Source: Octopus sinensis (lineage: Eukaryota). From it: a DNA stretch of 32,049 nucleotides. A program made the translations under genes and the position numbers. Every line of letters starts with the position of its first letter. Position 1 is the first letter of the stretch. Shown in pieces: positions 1 to 9,534 of this stretch. The notes beneath the pieces were generated by a model. The model worked only from the letters and a program-made list of their open reading frames with translations, had not been told where the DNA came from and did not search any database. Where the stretch lies: contig NW_021829651.1 of the NCBI RefSeq assembly GCF_006345805.1, forward strand, positions 1 through 32,049, given 5' to 3'.

Positions 1-82
1 AGAAAAGAGGAGGAATTCAGGATATGTAAAAGAAGAACAGATTGTCACTAGAACAAAGGGTCAATTTATTTATGTGGCGACA

Positions 83-613
83 AGGAGTGGCTGTGTGGTA
101 AGTAGCTTGCTAACCAACCACATGGTTCCAGGTTCAGTCCCACTGCGCGGCATCTTGGGCAAGTGTCTTCTACTATAGCCCCGGGCCGACCAATGCCTTG
201 TGAGTGGATTTGGTAGACGGAGACTGAAAGAAGCCTGTCGTATATATGTATATATAAAGTTAATCCAAACAAGAAAACACAGAAAAAAACACAGCAACGC
301 GAGGACGTGGAACAATTAAAGTATTATTGGACGCTCAGGAAAGAAGGGAAGGAGGAGGGTTTAACGTTTCGAATATATATGTATGTGTGTGTGTGTTTGT
401 GTGTCTGTGTTTGTCCCCTAGCATTGCTTGACAGCCGATGCTGGTGTGTTTACGTCCCCATCACTTAGCGGTTCGGCAAAAGAGACCGATAGAATAAGTA
501 CTGGGCTTACAAAGAATAAGTCCCGGTGTCGATTTGCTCGACTAAAGGCGGTGCTCCAGCATGGCCGCAGTCAAATGACTGAAACAAGGAAAAGTAAAAG
601 TAAAGTAAAAAGT
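83..613 (+). mobile_element. SINE family A, full length: tRNA-like head, CORE-like block, central (TA)/(TG) tract, right arm, AGTAAAAG-type tail; carries a nested insert
   Basis: Head AGGAGTGGCTGTGTGGTAAG (A box) and GGTTCAGTCCC (B-box-like), then TTGGGCAAGTGTCTT and a 3' CAGTC-AAAT-GACTG hairpin. The same sequence recurs about 18 times in the window. Confidence 0.92.
256..372 (-). mobile_element. Penelope-like fragment (P3) nested in the central (TA)n of a family A SINE; retains the 3' half of a minimal hammerhead
   Basis: Non-SINE sequence between TA runs. The minus strand starts TC-GAAAC-GTT-AAACCC (GAAA core, palindromic ACGT stem III, GUU triplet). The CUGANGA half is absent. Confidence 0.5.
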
Positions 614-624
614 AATATATATAA

Positions 625-822
625 TGTCCGAACGTTCGAAACGCGGAGAAGAGAAAACAGGGGACAACTGACGAAGGGATTGTTCTTTATGTTGCCCGTC
701 TCGTTTCTCTGTTTATTTCGTTGTTCGAAAAAATTTCGTTTACATGTTTTTGTTTTTTTATGTTCTCGTTTTTCATTTTGTTCACGTTTTCTTGACGTAC
801 TGTATCCATATATGAATGTATA
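625..822 (+). mobile_element. Penelope-like fragment (family P1), flanked by TA runs
   Basis: Reverse complement of 22070-22270. Contains TCGAAACGCG (636-645) and CTGACGAAGGG (668-678). Confidence 0.55.
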
Positions 823-860
823 TATACATATATATGTATGTACATCTATGTATGTATATA

Positions 861-906
<46 letters not shown>

Positions 907-907
<1 letters not shown>

Positions 908-1298
908 TCTTTACTCTTTTACTTGTTTCGGTCATTTGACTTCGGCCATGCTGGAGCACCACCTTTTAGTCGAGCAACTCGACCCCGGGACTTATTCTTT
1001 TGTAAGCCCAGTACTTATTCTATCGGTCTCTTTTGCCGAACCGCTAAGTAACGGGGACGTAAACACACCAGCATCGGTTGTCAAGCAATGCTAGGGGGAC
1101 AAACACAGACACACAAACATACACGCACACACATATATATATATATACATATATACGATGGGCTTCTTTCAGTTTCCGGCATTGGTCGGCCCGGGGCTAT
1201 AGCAGAAGACACTTGCCCAAGGTGCCACGCAGTGGGACTGAACCCGGAACCATGTGGTTGATTAGCAAGCTACTTACCACACAGCCACTCCTGCGCCT
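907..1298 (-). mobile_element. SINE family A with an internal deletion
   Basis: Reverse complement of the family A sequence; the segment GTCTACCAAATCCACTCACAAG is missing. Confidence 0.92.
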
Positions 1299-1812
1299 AT
1301 ATATATATATTATATATATATATTATTTATATTATATTTATATACACATACACACAATACATTTAACAAGAGAACCATATTCCCTGGTTCAATGAAGGGA
1401 TTTGAACGAAGAATGGACTCAGTGTTCATTGATAACTCGAAGATTCCAAAATACAACCGACATTCTACCCAACACACACCTACACACAAGTCTTATACAC
1501 CCTAGCGTGAATCAACCTTGCTAGTTAACATGTGAAAAACGGTATCTTAGTCACAGATAAGCAGAATTCTAGAGATATTTGGCATCGAAAGACACCCAAA
1601 CAGACCGACCCTTATCTTTTAGAGTTTGTTTTAAAAAAGCTATTTTCGTCATCTAACCTATATATATATATATATACATACATACATATTAATATGGACG
1701 TGTCGTTACCTTCTATGTATGTGCGTTGTGTGTGTGTATAAAAGTATTTGTATATATTCTATACAGAGCTGTTTGCATATGAATGTATATATATATATAT
1801 ATTATATATAAT

Positions 1813-1854
<42 letters not shown>

Positions 1855-2347
1855 AGAGAAGAGAGAGATGTGTGTATGACGTATATGCACATAGGCTTAA
1901 CAAATGCACAATATATGTTTGTGCGTGATTTTTAAGATGTGTGTGGAATTTATATGCGTTTTTTGTGCACGTGTGTGTGTGATTAGGTCATTTTGTCACG
2001 TGACTTTATCAAATTAAATTTCGGTCTACATGCCATCAGAAGTAAGAATTATGTCTTCTTTCATCGCTGGTTTGATATGGACGAAGGAACTGTCTCGAAG
2101 CCCTTCACAGACTTTCCAAGACCAACACGTGTGCCTGTAGCTTTAACCGGCCTTCCGTAACCTAGAACTGTACCAAGTCTTCGCATAACCTCCCAGACCA
2201 AAAACTGTGGCCGTGCCCTTTGCAGGCCATCCCCCACCGGCATGGAGACCAGGATTTGTAACCATAGCTTCCATAAGGCCTTTCAAACTGTTCTTATAGC
2301 CTTCGGAGGCCTTTCGAAACCAGGGGTTGCCTACACACATAAATATT

Positions 2348-2835
2348 CTTTCCTTTGTGTCAGTTATTTGACTGCAGCCATGCTCGAGCACCGCCTTTAG
2401 TGGAACAAATCGACCCAGGACTTATTCTTTCTAAGCCTAGTACTTATTCAATCGGTCACTTTTGCCGAACTGCTAATGTCACGGGGACCTAAACACACCG
2501 ACATCGGTTGTCAAGCGATGGTGGGAGGACAAACACACACACACACACACATATATATATACAAAATGAGACAAGAACGCAAGACATCCAGAAGACGATA
2601 CAAAAAACACGGACGGGTCATTCGAAGCCTTTAATCTTCAGTCAAGAACCGGATCATCCTCGCAATTTCGGATATATATATATATATATACTACGGGCTT
2701 CTTTCAGTTTCCGTCCACCAAATACACTCACAAGGCTTTGGTAATAGAAGACACTTGCCCAAGATGCCACGCAGTGGGACTGAACCTGGAACCATGTGGT
2801 TGGAAAGCAAGCTTCTTTCCTCCTCAGCCACTCCT
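2348..2835 (-). mobile_element. SINE family A with a nested insert in the central (TA)n
   Basis: Tail hairpin, right arm, central repeat, left arm and head are all recognisable on the minus strand. Confidence 0.9.
2561..2671 (-). mobile_element. Penelope-like fragment (family P2) nested in a family A SINE
   Basis: Homologous to 18377-18610 and 30931-31061. Ends GCAATTTCGG directly against (AT)n; the minus strand contains CTGAAGA. Confidence 0.55.
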
Positions 2836-3169
2836 ATCTCATAACTATGTTCTAGAAGCATCATTGTTTGCTACATTCAAGATTTTTTTCCACAGAATAA
2901 CATATGGAGTTGTGTAAAATATATATTTAACCCAGTGTCTGTCCAAAACATTTTCCTGAGTTTGTCCTAGGCGTCCATACTTGTTTTCAGGTTTTTATTT
3001 AACCCTTGTTTCATATGCTCTGAGTAATATAAAGTTTTCCTGTCGTAACTTCGAAGTTAGTTTACTAGTCTATTATATGATGCATGAACGCCAGGGAATA
3101 TATATCCTGTGCATCATAATGTGGTACACAGAATAGGCAAGGGGTTAATTATTTAATATTATTTACCAT

Positions 3170-3422
3170 GAGGTGGCAAGCTGCAGAATCGTTAACACAC
3201 CGGGCAAAATGCTTAGCGGTATTTCGTCCTTCTTTACGTTCTGAGTTCAAATTCCGCCGAGGTTGAATTTGCCTTTCATCCTGTCGAGGTGTTTGTGTGT
3301 GTGTGTGGAGGGGGGGTGTCAATAAAATAAGCACCAATTGAACACTAGGAATCGATGTAATCGACTCAGCCCTCCACACCGAAATCTCAGGGGTTGGGCC
3401 TATAATGGAAAGGATTCATTAT
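3170..3422 (+). mobile_element. SINE family B (tRNA head plus Meta-like central domain), B2 tail, with a (TG)n/G-run inserted
   Basis: GAGTTCAAATTCCGCCGAGG B box, GCCTTTCATCC and GATGTAATCGACT modules. The Meta-domain assignment is from memory of the consensus. Confidence 0.85.
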
Positions 3423-3450
3423 TTACTACGACAATATTTAATAGCATATA

Positions 3451-3661
3451 TACGAGGGGCGTTCAATAAGTAATGCCCCTGACCCACTTGCAGTTGTTTG
3501 ATCTAGCTGAAATTTTGCATGTGCACTTATTTATACCTCTATAGATTAAGTGGCGAATTACAGCCCTGAACTAATTGTGGTTTCTGATTTACAGGTGTTT
3601 GAACTGAGTCAAGTGTGAAATGGAGCCTGTTGAGTGTCGAGCAGTGATCTGGTTTTTGTAG
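3451..3661 (+). mobile_element. 5' end of a mariner transposon (irritans/Hsmar2-like TIR) with the first 13 transposase codons
   Basis: TA followed by CGAGGGGCGTTCAATAAGTAATGC (mariner-type TIR). ATG at 3620 reads MEPVECRAVIWFL, resembling mariner N-termini (ME..EFR.VI.F); it is then truncated or stopped. Confidence 0.75.
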
Positions 3662-3799
3662 AAGCACTTTTTTTCCCAGAAAAATTTCTCAAACTAAAAA
3701 CAGAATATTCACCCCGGGCCCTATATGTAAAATTGGGTCTCCTATGAGCTAAATTCTGTCCCTGACGCTCACTTTTTCCTAAATATGCGCTACTAAAAC

Positions 3800-3853
3800 T
3801 CTGTTGGGGGCGTCTAATGTACTCGTGTGTCTTTTATGCCATGAAATGTGGTA
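3800..3853 (-). mobile_element. Degenerate pogo/Tigger-like terminal repeat
   Basis: The minus strand TACCACATTTCATGGCATAAAAGACACACGAGTACATTAGACGC resembles TACCGTATTT...TATAAGACGCAC ends. Confidence 0.4.
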
Positions 3854-3924
3854 ATTATTGCATGAAATATCTGAGTAATAACCGAAGAATTAATGACATT
3901 CTATCTTTTTGTTTTGTTTTGCAG

Positions 3925-3962
3925 CCACTTTGGAGAATAAAAGAGACAATTCCAAGAGTGAC
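3925..3962 (+). CDS. Candidate 38-nt micro-exon of an unidentified + strand host gene
   Basis: Acceptor CTATCTTTTTGTTTTGTTTTGCAG and donor GAC|GTAAGTAG. Two frames are open (PLWRIKETIPRV or TLENKRDNSKSD). The sequence is unique and non-repetitive. Confidence 0.45.
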
Positions 3963-4005
3963 GTAAGTAGAATGACAATCTTCTGAGGAATTTAGAAACA
4001 AAGCA

Positions 4006-4035
4006 AATAATAATAATAATAATAATAATAATAAT
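4006..4035 (+). repeat. (AAT)n microsatellite
   Basis: Direct reading. Confidence 0.95.
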
Positions 4036-4456
4036 TTAACAAATGAAACAATCGTTTTTCTTGTTAAGAATATTTTGTTTATTGTTTTTTTTCCCCTTTT
4101 TTTCAATATCGTTTTTTTTTTTTTTTGTCTTTGTTTCTGCCTGACTGTGTGTTCTTAACATTTCGGTATTTTCCAAGTGTCAATTTCGAAATGTATTTTA
4201 TTCCACTTCTTTTAACGATTACGAAAGAAGAGAGTAGAAAAAAAAATAACGATAAAAATAAACAATAAAAAATTATTTGTGATTGAAATTACTGACGATC
4301 ATTCATTGAATTGAAACCCTTAACCCTTTTTTGTTACGAACCGTCATTTTCCTTATCTCTTTACTCCGTTTCTTTTTTGGGGATAAAATATCTCAATGGA
4401 AGAAAGCGCTTTCTTTCTCTATATCTATCTGTCTATATATCTTTTCTTCTGTTTAG

Positions 4457-4498
<42 letters not shown>

Positions 4499-4522
4499 AT
4501 GATAATGTTGTGTGTATGTGAG

Positions 4523-4557
<35 letters not shown>

Positions 4558-4584
4558 TATATATATATTATATATATATATATA

Positions 4585-4800
4585 GTAGGGACTCTGCCGT
4601 CGTAGACGACGTATGAGGGTTCGGCAACTTCTTGCCGAAAGTCCACACAGACGGTTTGTTTATAGTGAACAGATGTTTGTGTCCACATAAGCTCACTTCC
4701 TCCATCAAATCTACATTACCTGTACAGGTGCAATGGGTGCCGCATGTCAGATGACGAAATGCTCACAGAGTAACACCCTAACCACTAAGCCATGCACCTT
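4585..4800 (-). mobile_element. SINE family C, internally deleted
   Basis: Minus-strand head GGTGCATGGCTTAGTGGTTAGGG. Shares CACCTGTACAGGTAA...GATGG with 5428-5716 and 8371-8657. Two 3' hairpins (CGTCGT/ACGACG and TTCGGCAA/TTGCCGAA). Confidence 0.7.
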
Positions 4801-4816
4801 CAACATATACATATAT

Positions 4817-5008
4817 AGGCGCAGGAGTGGCTGTGTGGTAAGTAGCTTGCTTACCAACCACATGGTTCCGGGTTCAGTCCCACTGCGTGGCACCTTGGGC
4901 AAGTGTTTTCTACTATAGCCTCGGGCCGACCAAAGCCTTGTGAGTGGATTTGGTAGACAGAAACTGAAAGAAGCCCGTCGTATATATATATATATATGTG
5001 TGTGTGTG

Positions 5009-5046
<38 letters not shown>

Positions 5047-5233
5047 TTGTCCCCCCAACATCGCTTGACAACCGATGCTGGTGGGTTTATATCCCCGTAA
5101 CTTAGCGGCTCGGCAAAAGAGACCGATAGCATAAGTACTAGGCTTACAAAGAATAAGTCCTGGGTTCAATTTCCTCGACTAAAGACAGTGCTCCAGCATG
5201 GCCGCAGTCAAATGACTGAAACAAGTAAAAGAG
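4817..5233 (+). mobile_element. SINE family A, full length
   Basis: AGGCGCAGGAGTGG head through AAACAAGTAAAAGAG tail. Confidence 0.95.
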
Positions 5234-5427
5234 TATATATATCGGCAGCCCTGGTTGCCTACCGTGAAATATAAAAAGGGCTCTTTTGAATTTATCGTAC
5301 TTCGATAAGGAAAAAACCCACAAACTTCCGTCCCAGCAAACTGCAATTGTTGCTGAAAGTTGTGTTTTATATTTACTACGGATTGCTTGAACCTAACCTT
5401 CTTCCTACACCTCGATCCTTGGAACCT

Positions 5428-5716
5428 GTGGGTGTGCGTGTTAGGATGTTACACTCACGATCACTTGATAGTGATTTCGATTCCGAAAGTAGAAGGTGTG
5501 TTGTGCTCTTGAGCGAAACACTTCGTTTCGGGTTGCTCTGCGATCATTTCGACACCTGGCGCGTGGCACATTTGTGCACCTGTACAGGTAACGTCGATCT
5601 GATGGAAGGAAAGAGCTAATGTGGAGACACAGGCGTTTGATCACTATTTACAAATCGCTTGTGAGGTTGTTCGGCAAGAGATTGCGAAACTGTCGTTTGT
5701 TGTCCGACGACGAGAG
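5428..5716 (+). mobile_element. SINE family C, diverged
   Basis: Degenerate tRNA head, TTGAGCGAAACACTT CORE-like block and GCACCTGTACAGGTAAC block. Confidence 0.7.
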
Positions 5717-6019
5717 AATGCAGAATGCATTGGGTTGTTATTGAACGAAACTTCAATTTACACAATGGAAATATGGAGGAAGGTCGAAATGGCGATAATC
5801 AACATTATATTATAAGAAATATTGAATTTCTAAATCTCTCGTAGAGACATGTACGGTGGTGGGGCGATAGAATGGTTGTATACTGTCAATCTAACACGAA
5901 CGTGACAGTAGGGGGTACACCACCGCTGTATAGCCCTAGGAAGCATCGAACGCCTCCTGATAGCTTTGACACATTTTTTTCCCCTGTGTCCTTATATACA
6001 TATTGTTATTTGCTTTGTC

Positions 6020-6165
6020 GAGTCATCAACGTCACCATCAACACCATCACCATTATCACCATCATCATCACCATTAACATCACTAATATCAACATCAACA
6101 GCCTCACCACGAATTGCCATTATCATCAGCAGCACCATCAGTACCATCAGCATCATCATAAATAC
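6020..6165 (+). repeat. (CAT/CAC)-rich low-complexity tract
   Basis: Degenerate trinucleotide run. Confidence 0.8.
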
Positions 6166-6577
6166 ATATTTCTTTACTACCCTATAAGGGGCTAAACCCA
6201 GAGAGGACAAACAAGGACAGACAAAGGGATTAAGTCGACTACATCGACCCCAGTGCGTAACTGGTACTTATTTAATCGAACCCAAAAGGATGAAAGGCAA
6301 AGTCGACCTCGGCGGAATTTGAACTCAGAACGTAGCGGCAGACGAAATACCTATTTCTTTATTACCCACAAGGGGCTAAACAGGGGGGGGGACAAACAAG
6401 GACAGACAAAGGGATTAAGTCGATTACATCGACCCCAGTGCGTAACTGGTGCTTAATTTATCGACCCCGAAAGGATGAAAGGCAAAGTCGACCTCGGCGG
6501 AATTTGAATTCGGAACGTAGCGGCAGACGAAATACCGCTAAACATTTCGCCCAGCGTGCTAACCACTCTGCCAGCTC
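6166..6577 (-). mobile_element. Tandem dimer of SINE family B (full copy plus 5'-truncated copy) inside one target-site duplication
   Basis: The two copies join at GAAATAC|CTATTTC (~6350). GCATCATCATAAATAC occurs at 6150-6165 and 6578-6593. Confidence 0.88.
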
Positions 6578-6684
6578 GCATCATCATAAATACCATCATC
6601 ATTGCCGCCACCACCACCATCCTCCTCCTCACTATCACAAACGCACCAATAGGTTGGCGGAAGGTAGGGCGGGGCGAGGGTGAA

Positions 6685-6780
6685 ATAAACTACCCCAATG
6701 CATAACTGGTAATTGTTTTATTGATAACCATCCACCCGAGATCAAACGAGAGCCAGGTGGAATTTGAACTTGGCTTGTAG
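6685..6780 (-). mobile_element. Old SINE family B fragment
   Basis: CCCCAATGCATAACTGGTA...GGTGGAATTTGAACT aligns with the adjacent B copies. Confidence 0.6.
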
Positions 6781-6804
6781 GAGAACACAATGGTAGGATC
6801 TAAA

Positions 6805-7335
6805 ACAGGGGACCTCAACCATTTTTCATCTACGGACCCCTTTGATTACCATTTCATTCTGGTAGACCTCCATAGCCATTTGAAGGTTAAAAACTAGTTT
6901 TATAGAAACTTCTTTCAAAAACCCCTATTTTGTTCATCACACATAAAATTGTGTAGGTTGAACAATGTAAAATGTTAGGGAAAGGAACCCAGCTGTTTCT
7001 TGCAATACATACCAATAGATACATCTAAAGCAAAATTTCTTCAGGCTCTCAACTATTTTTCATCTACAGACCCCTTTGATAACCATGTAATCCTGGTGGT
7101 CCCCATACCCTTTAGATGTTTAAAAACTAGTTTTATAGATACGTCTTTCAAGCATTCTTGCTACGCTTTTCTTCTGACGTTAACTTGCGTGAAGTTGAAT
7201 CAGGTAAAATGTTAGAGAAAGGATCCTGGCTGTTTTTTGTAAATACATACCAATACATACAATATAAAGCATAATTTTTTTAGGGGCCCTTAAAATACTG
7301 TTGTGGATCCCCAATTTTGTTGCGTGGACCCTGCC
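6805..7335 (+). mobile_element. hAT/MITE-like relic containing a diverged 234-bp tandem duplication
   Basis: Starts CAGGGGACCTCAACCATTTTT (hAT-like end). The unit at 6814-7047 is repeated at 7048-~7285. Confidence 0.5.
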
Positions 7336-7422
7336 AAAATCTAACTGATCTAAAATAAGGCGTTACTATCAACCATTGGGCTGATGATTCAATCTAAGGA
7401 AAGTTTGAGAAAACAAAACTCT

Positions 7423-7626
7423 AGGTGGGCAGAATAGTAGTAGCATTTTGTCTGTCTTAACATTCTGAGTTCAAATTCCGCTGAGGTCAACTTTGCCTTT
7501 CATCCTTTCAGGGTCGATGAAATAAGTACCAGTAACGCACCAGGGTCGATGTAATCGACTAGCCCCTCTCCCCAAATTTCAGGCCTTTTGCCTATAGCAA
7601 AAAGGATTATTATTATTATTATTATT
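7423..7626 (+). mobile_element. SINE family B (B2 tail ending in (ATT)n)
   Basis: GAGTTCAAATTCCGCTGAGGTCAACTTTGCCTTTCATCCTTTCAGGGTCGATG followed by an ATT tail. Confidence 0.88.
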
Positions 7627-7743
7627 CCATTAATATCACGAGACGTCTCTTGGTTGCCGTTCCGATCATAAAATCAATTAACCGTGTCCCAATGACTTAA
7701 AATATGAGAAAAACCCTTCCATCATGACAAACTATTTTTCCAT

Positions 7744-7744
7744 T

Positions 7745-7790
<46 letters not shown>

Positions 7791-7791
7791 T
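7744..7791 (+). repeat. (CT)n microsatellite
   Basis: Direct reading. Confidence 0.95.
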
Positions 7792-8370
7792 CCATTAAAT
7801 AACTTCACTACGGCCCTGCTTTACTCATCCCTTATAAGACAAAATATAAAATAAAACTACGAAAATACACAACCACAGACACACATATCATATCTTTAAT
7901 AAGCTGTCGTTATTCCCACCGGAAGAAGACGCCATCTTAGGTTACATAACTTCCACGCTTCACGGTTTTTTTCTTCTTTCCCATCAAATCAACTTCTCCG
8001 TGTTAAGTGGTTAGTCAGAGGAAGTGGGAAGAGGTAGGGGAGGAAGTGGGAGAGAAGGTGGGAAGAGGAAGAGATGGAGGTGGCAGAAGTGGAGGTGATG
8101 TAGTACTTTACTTTTTACATTTTGATTTCCCCCTTCACCTCCAGCTCCCAAGAAGATTCTTAGAATGGGATTCGGTGTGGGTGGGGGTGGGGTGGAAGTG
8201 GGGGTGACGGATAATAATTGAATGAGTTCAACGCGGCCCATGATTGATTTCGAACTGCCACAGGTTTACGGTTACCAGAAAGTGTGAGGGGAAGTGAGCG
8301 AAGATGGTAAAAGTGGTCGGTAGGAATTCAAACACGTTCTACACTATTTTAACGACTGCAATGTGTGTGT

Positions 8371-8657
8371 GAAGCCGCATGGCCCAGTGGTTAGGCTGTT
8401 GCACTTACAATCGCTAGATCGTGGGTTCAATTTCTAGACGTTGTGTTCTTGAGCAAAATACTTCATCTCACGTTGCTCACCTCGACACCTGACGCGTGGC
8501 ACACTTGTGCACCTGTACAGGTAACACCGATTTAATGGAGGGGGCGAGCGAGCTAATAATGTACACCACATACATTTGATCACAGTAGAGCGAATTATCT
8601 GTGCGAGTTTCTACCGTAAGAAATTGCGAAACCACCTTTCTCGGACTACGAAGAGAC
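8371..8657 (+). mobile_element. SINE family C
   Basis: Head GCATGGCCCAGTGGTTAGG and GGTTCAATT, TTGAGCAAAATACTT block, GCACCTGTACAGGTAAC block. Confidence 0.78.
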
Positions 8658-8843
8658 TGAACACGAAACCACAAGGACTTTCCGGAATCCAGCTGAGGAG
8701 GGACTCGGCTGCGAATGATCTGTGTATCTTATTTTTGTCCTGTTTGCCGTGTTATGCTATCGTCTATTTTCCCGCATGTTGTGTTCTTTCTGTCCTACCT
8801 TTGATTTTTCTATGCGGTGCTCCGTACAACCTATTGTTTACTT

Positions 8844-8885
<42 letters not shown>

Positions 8886-9005
8886 ATTATATATATATAT
8901 ATATATATGAAAATAGTAATGCAATACGAGAGTATTGCTTTCCAGTAAAGGATAGTCCGTGAGGGTAAAATTATACATAAAAGTAAATAAATGGTACAAC
9001 GAAGC

Positions 9006-9055
<50 letters not shown>

Positions 9056-9058
<3 letters not shown>

Positions 9059-9173
9059 GATGGGCTTCTTTCAGTTTCCGTATACCAAATCAACTCACAA
9101 GGCTTTGGTCGGCAGAGGGACCGAACCCGGGACCATGTGGTTGGGAGCCAAGCTTCTTACCACACAGCCACTC
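9056..9173 (-). mobile_element. SINE family A left arm only, with a deletion
   Basis: Matches the family A left arm on the minus strand. Confidence 0.8.
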
Positions 9174-9534
9174 ATATATATATTTATTTATTTTGAGGAT
9201 ATGTTAACCTCGTGAAGGGATGGTTACATCAAAGGGAATACCGATTCGATACCGAGTATTATTGGGGTATGAAATTCCCTTAAAACAATTGGTATATATT
9301 AAGAATATACTTCATATCCAGTTCAATGAAGAAAAGAAAATAGAGAGCTGAAAGTTAATAAATATTCATTACAAAAAAATTGGTAATCTTTACTACTTAC
9401 AGCCGTTTCCATTCATACTCAAGAATTAAATTACAAATTTGTGCATTAAATTTGCATTAATATAAATTTGCATTAGTATAATGTATGTGTGGTTGTGTGT
9501 GTGTGTGTGTGTGTGTTGTACACACATACACACA

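Noticed and set aside
428-1051. 207-aa ORF and the many recurring ORFs such as RHWSARGYSRRHLPK and RNLNSERSGRRN
   Set aside because: They are read-throughs of SINE families A and B; the same peptides recur wherever the SINE does.
1299-1340. (AT)n arrays with TT/AA phase flips at many sites
   Set aside because: These are ubiquitous and may partly be consensus errors in long-read assembly; they cannot be interpreted without reads.
8007-8200. Purine-rich and G-run tract (possible G-quadruplex or triplex)
   Set aside because: It is ordinary low-complexity sequence, with nothing to distinguish it from background in this genome.
9385-9430. Minus-strand GAAAC-GGCT-GTA resembling a hammerhead 3' half or a GTAAGT donor
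   Set aside because: No CUGANGA or stem I partner was found, and the putative exon would be 17 nt with a poor acceptor.
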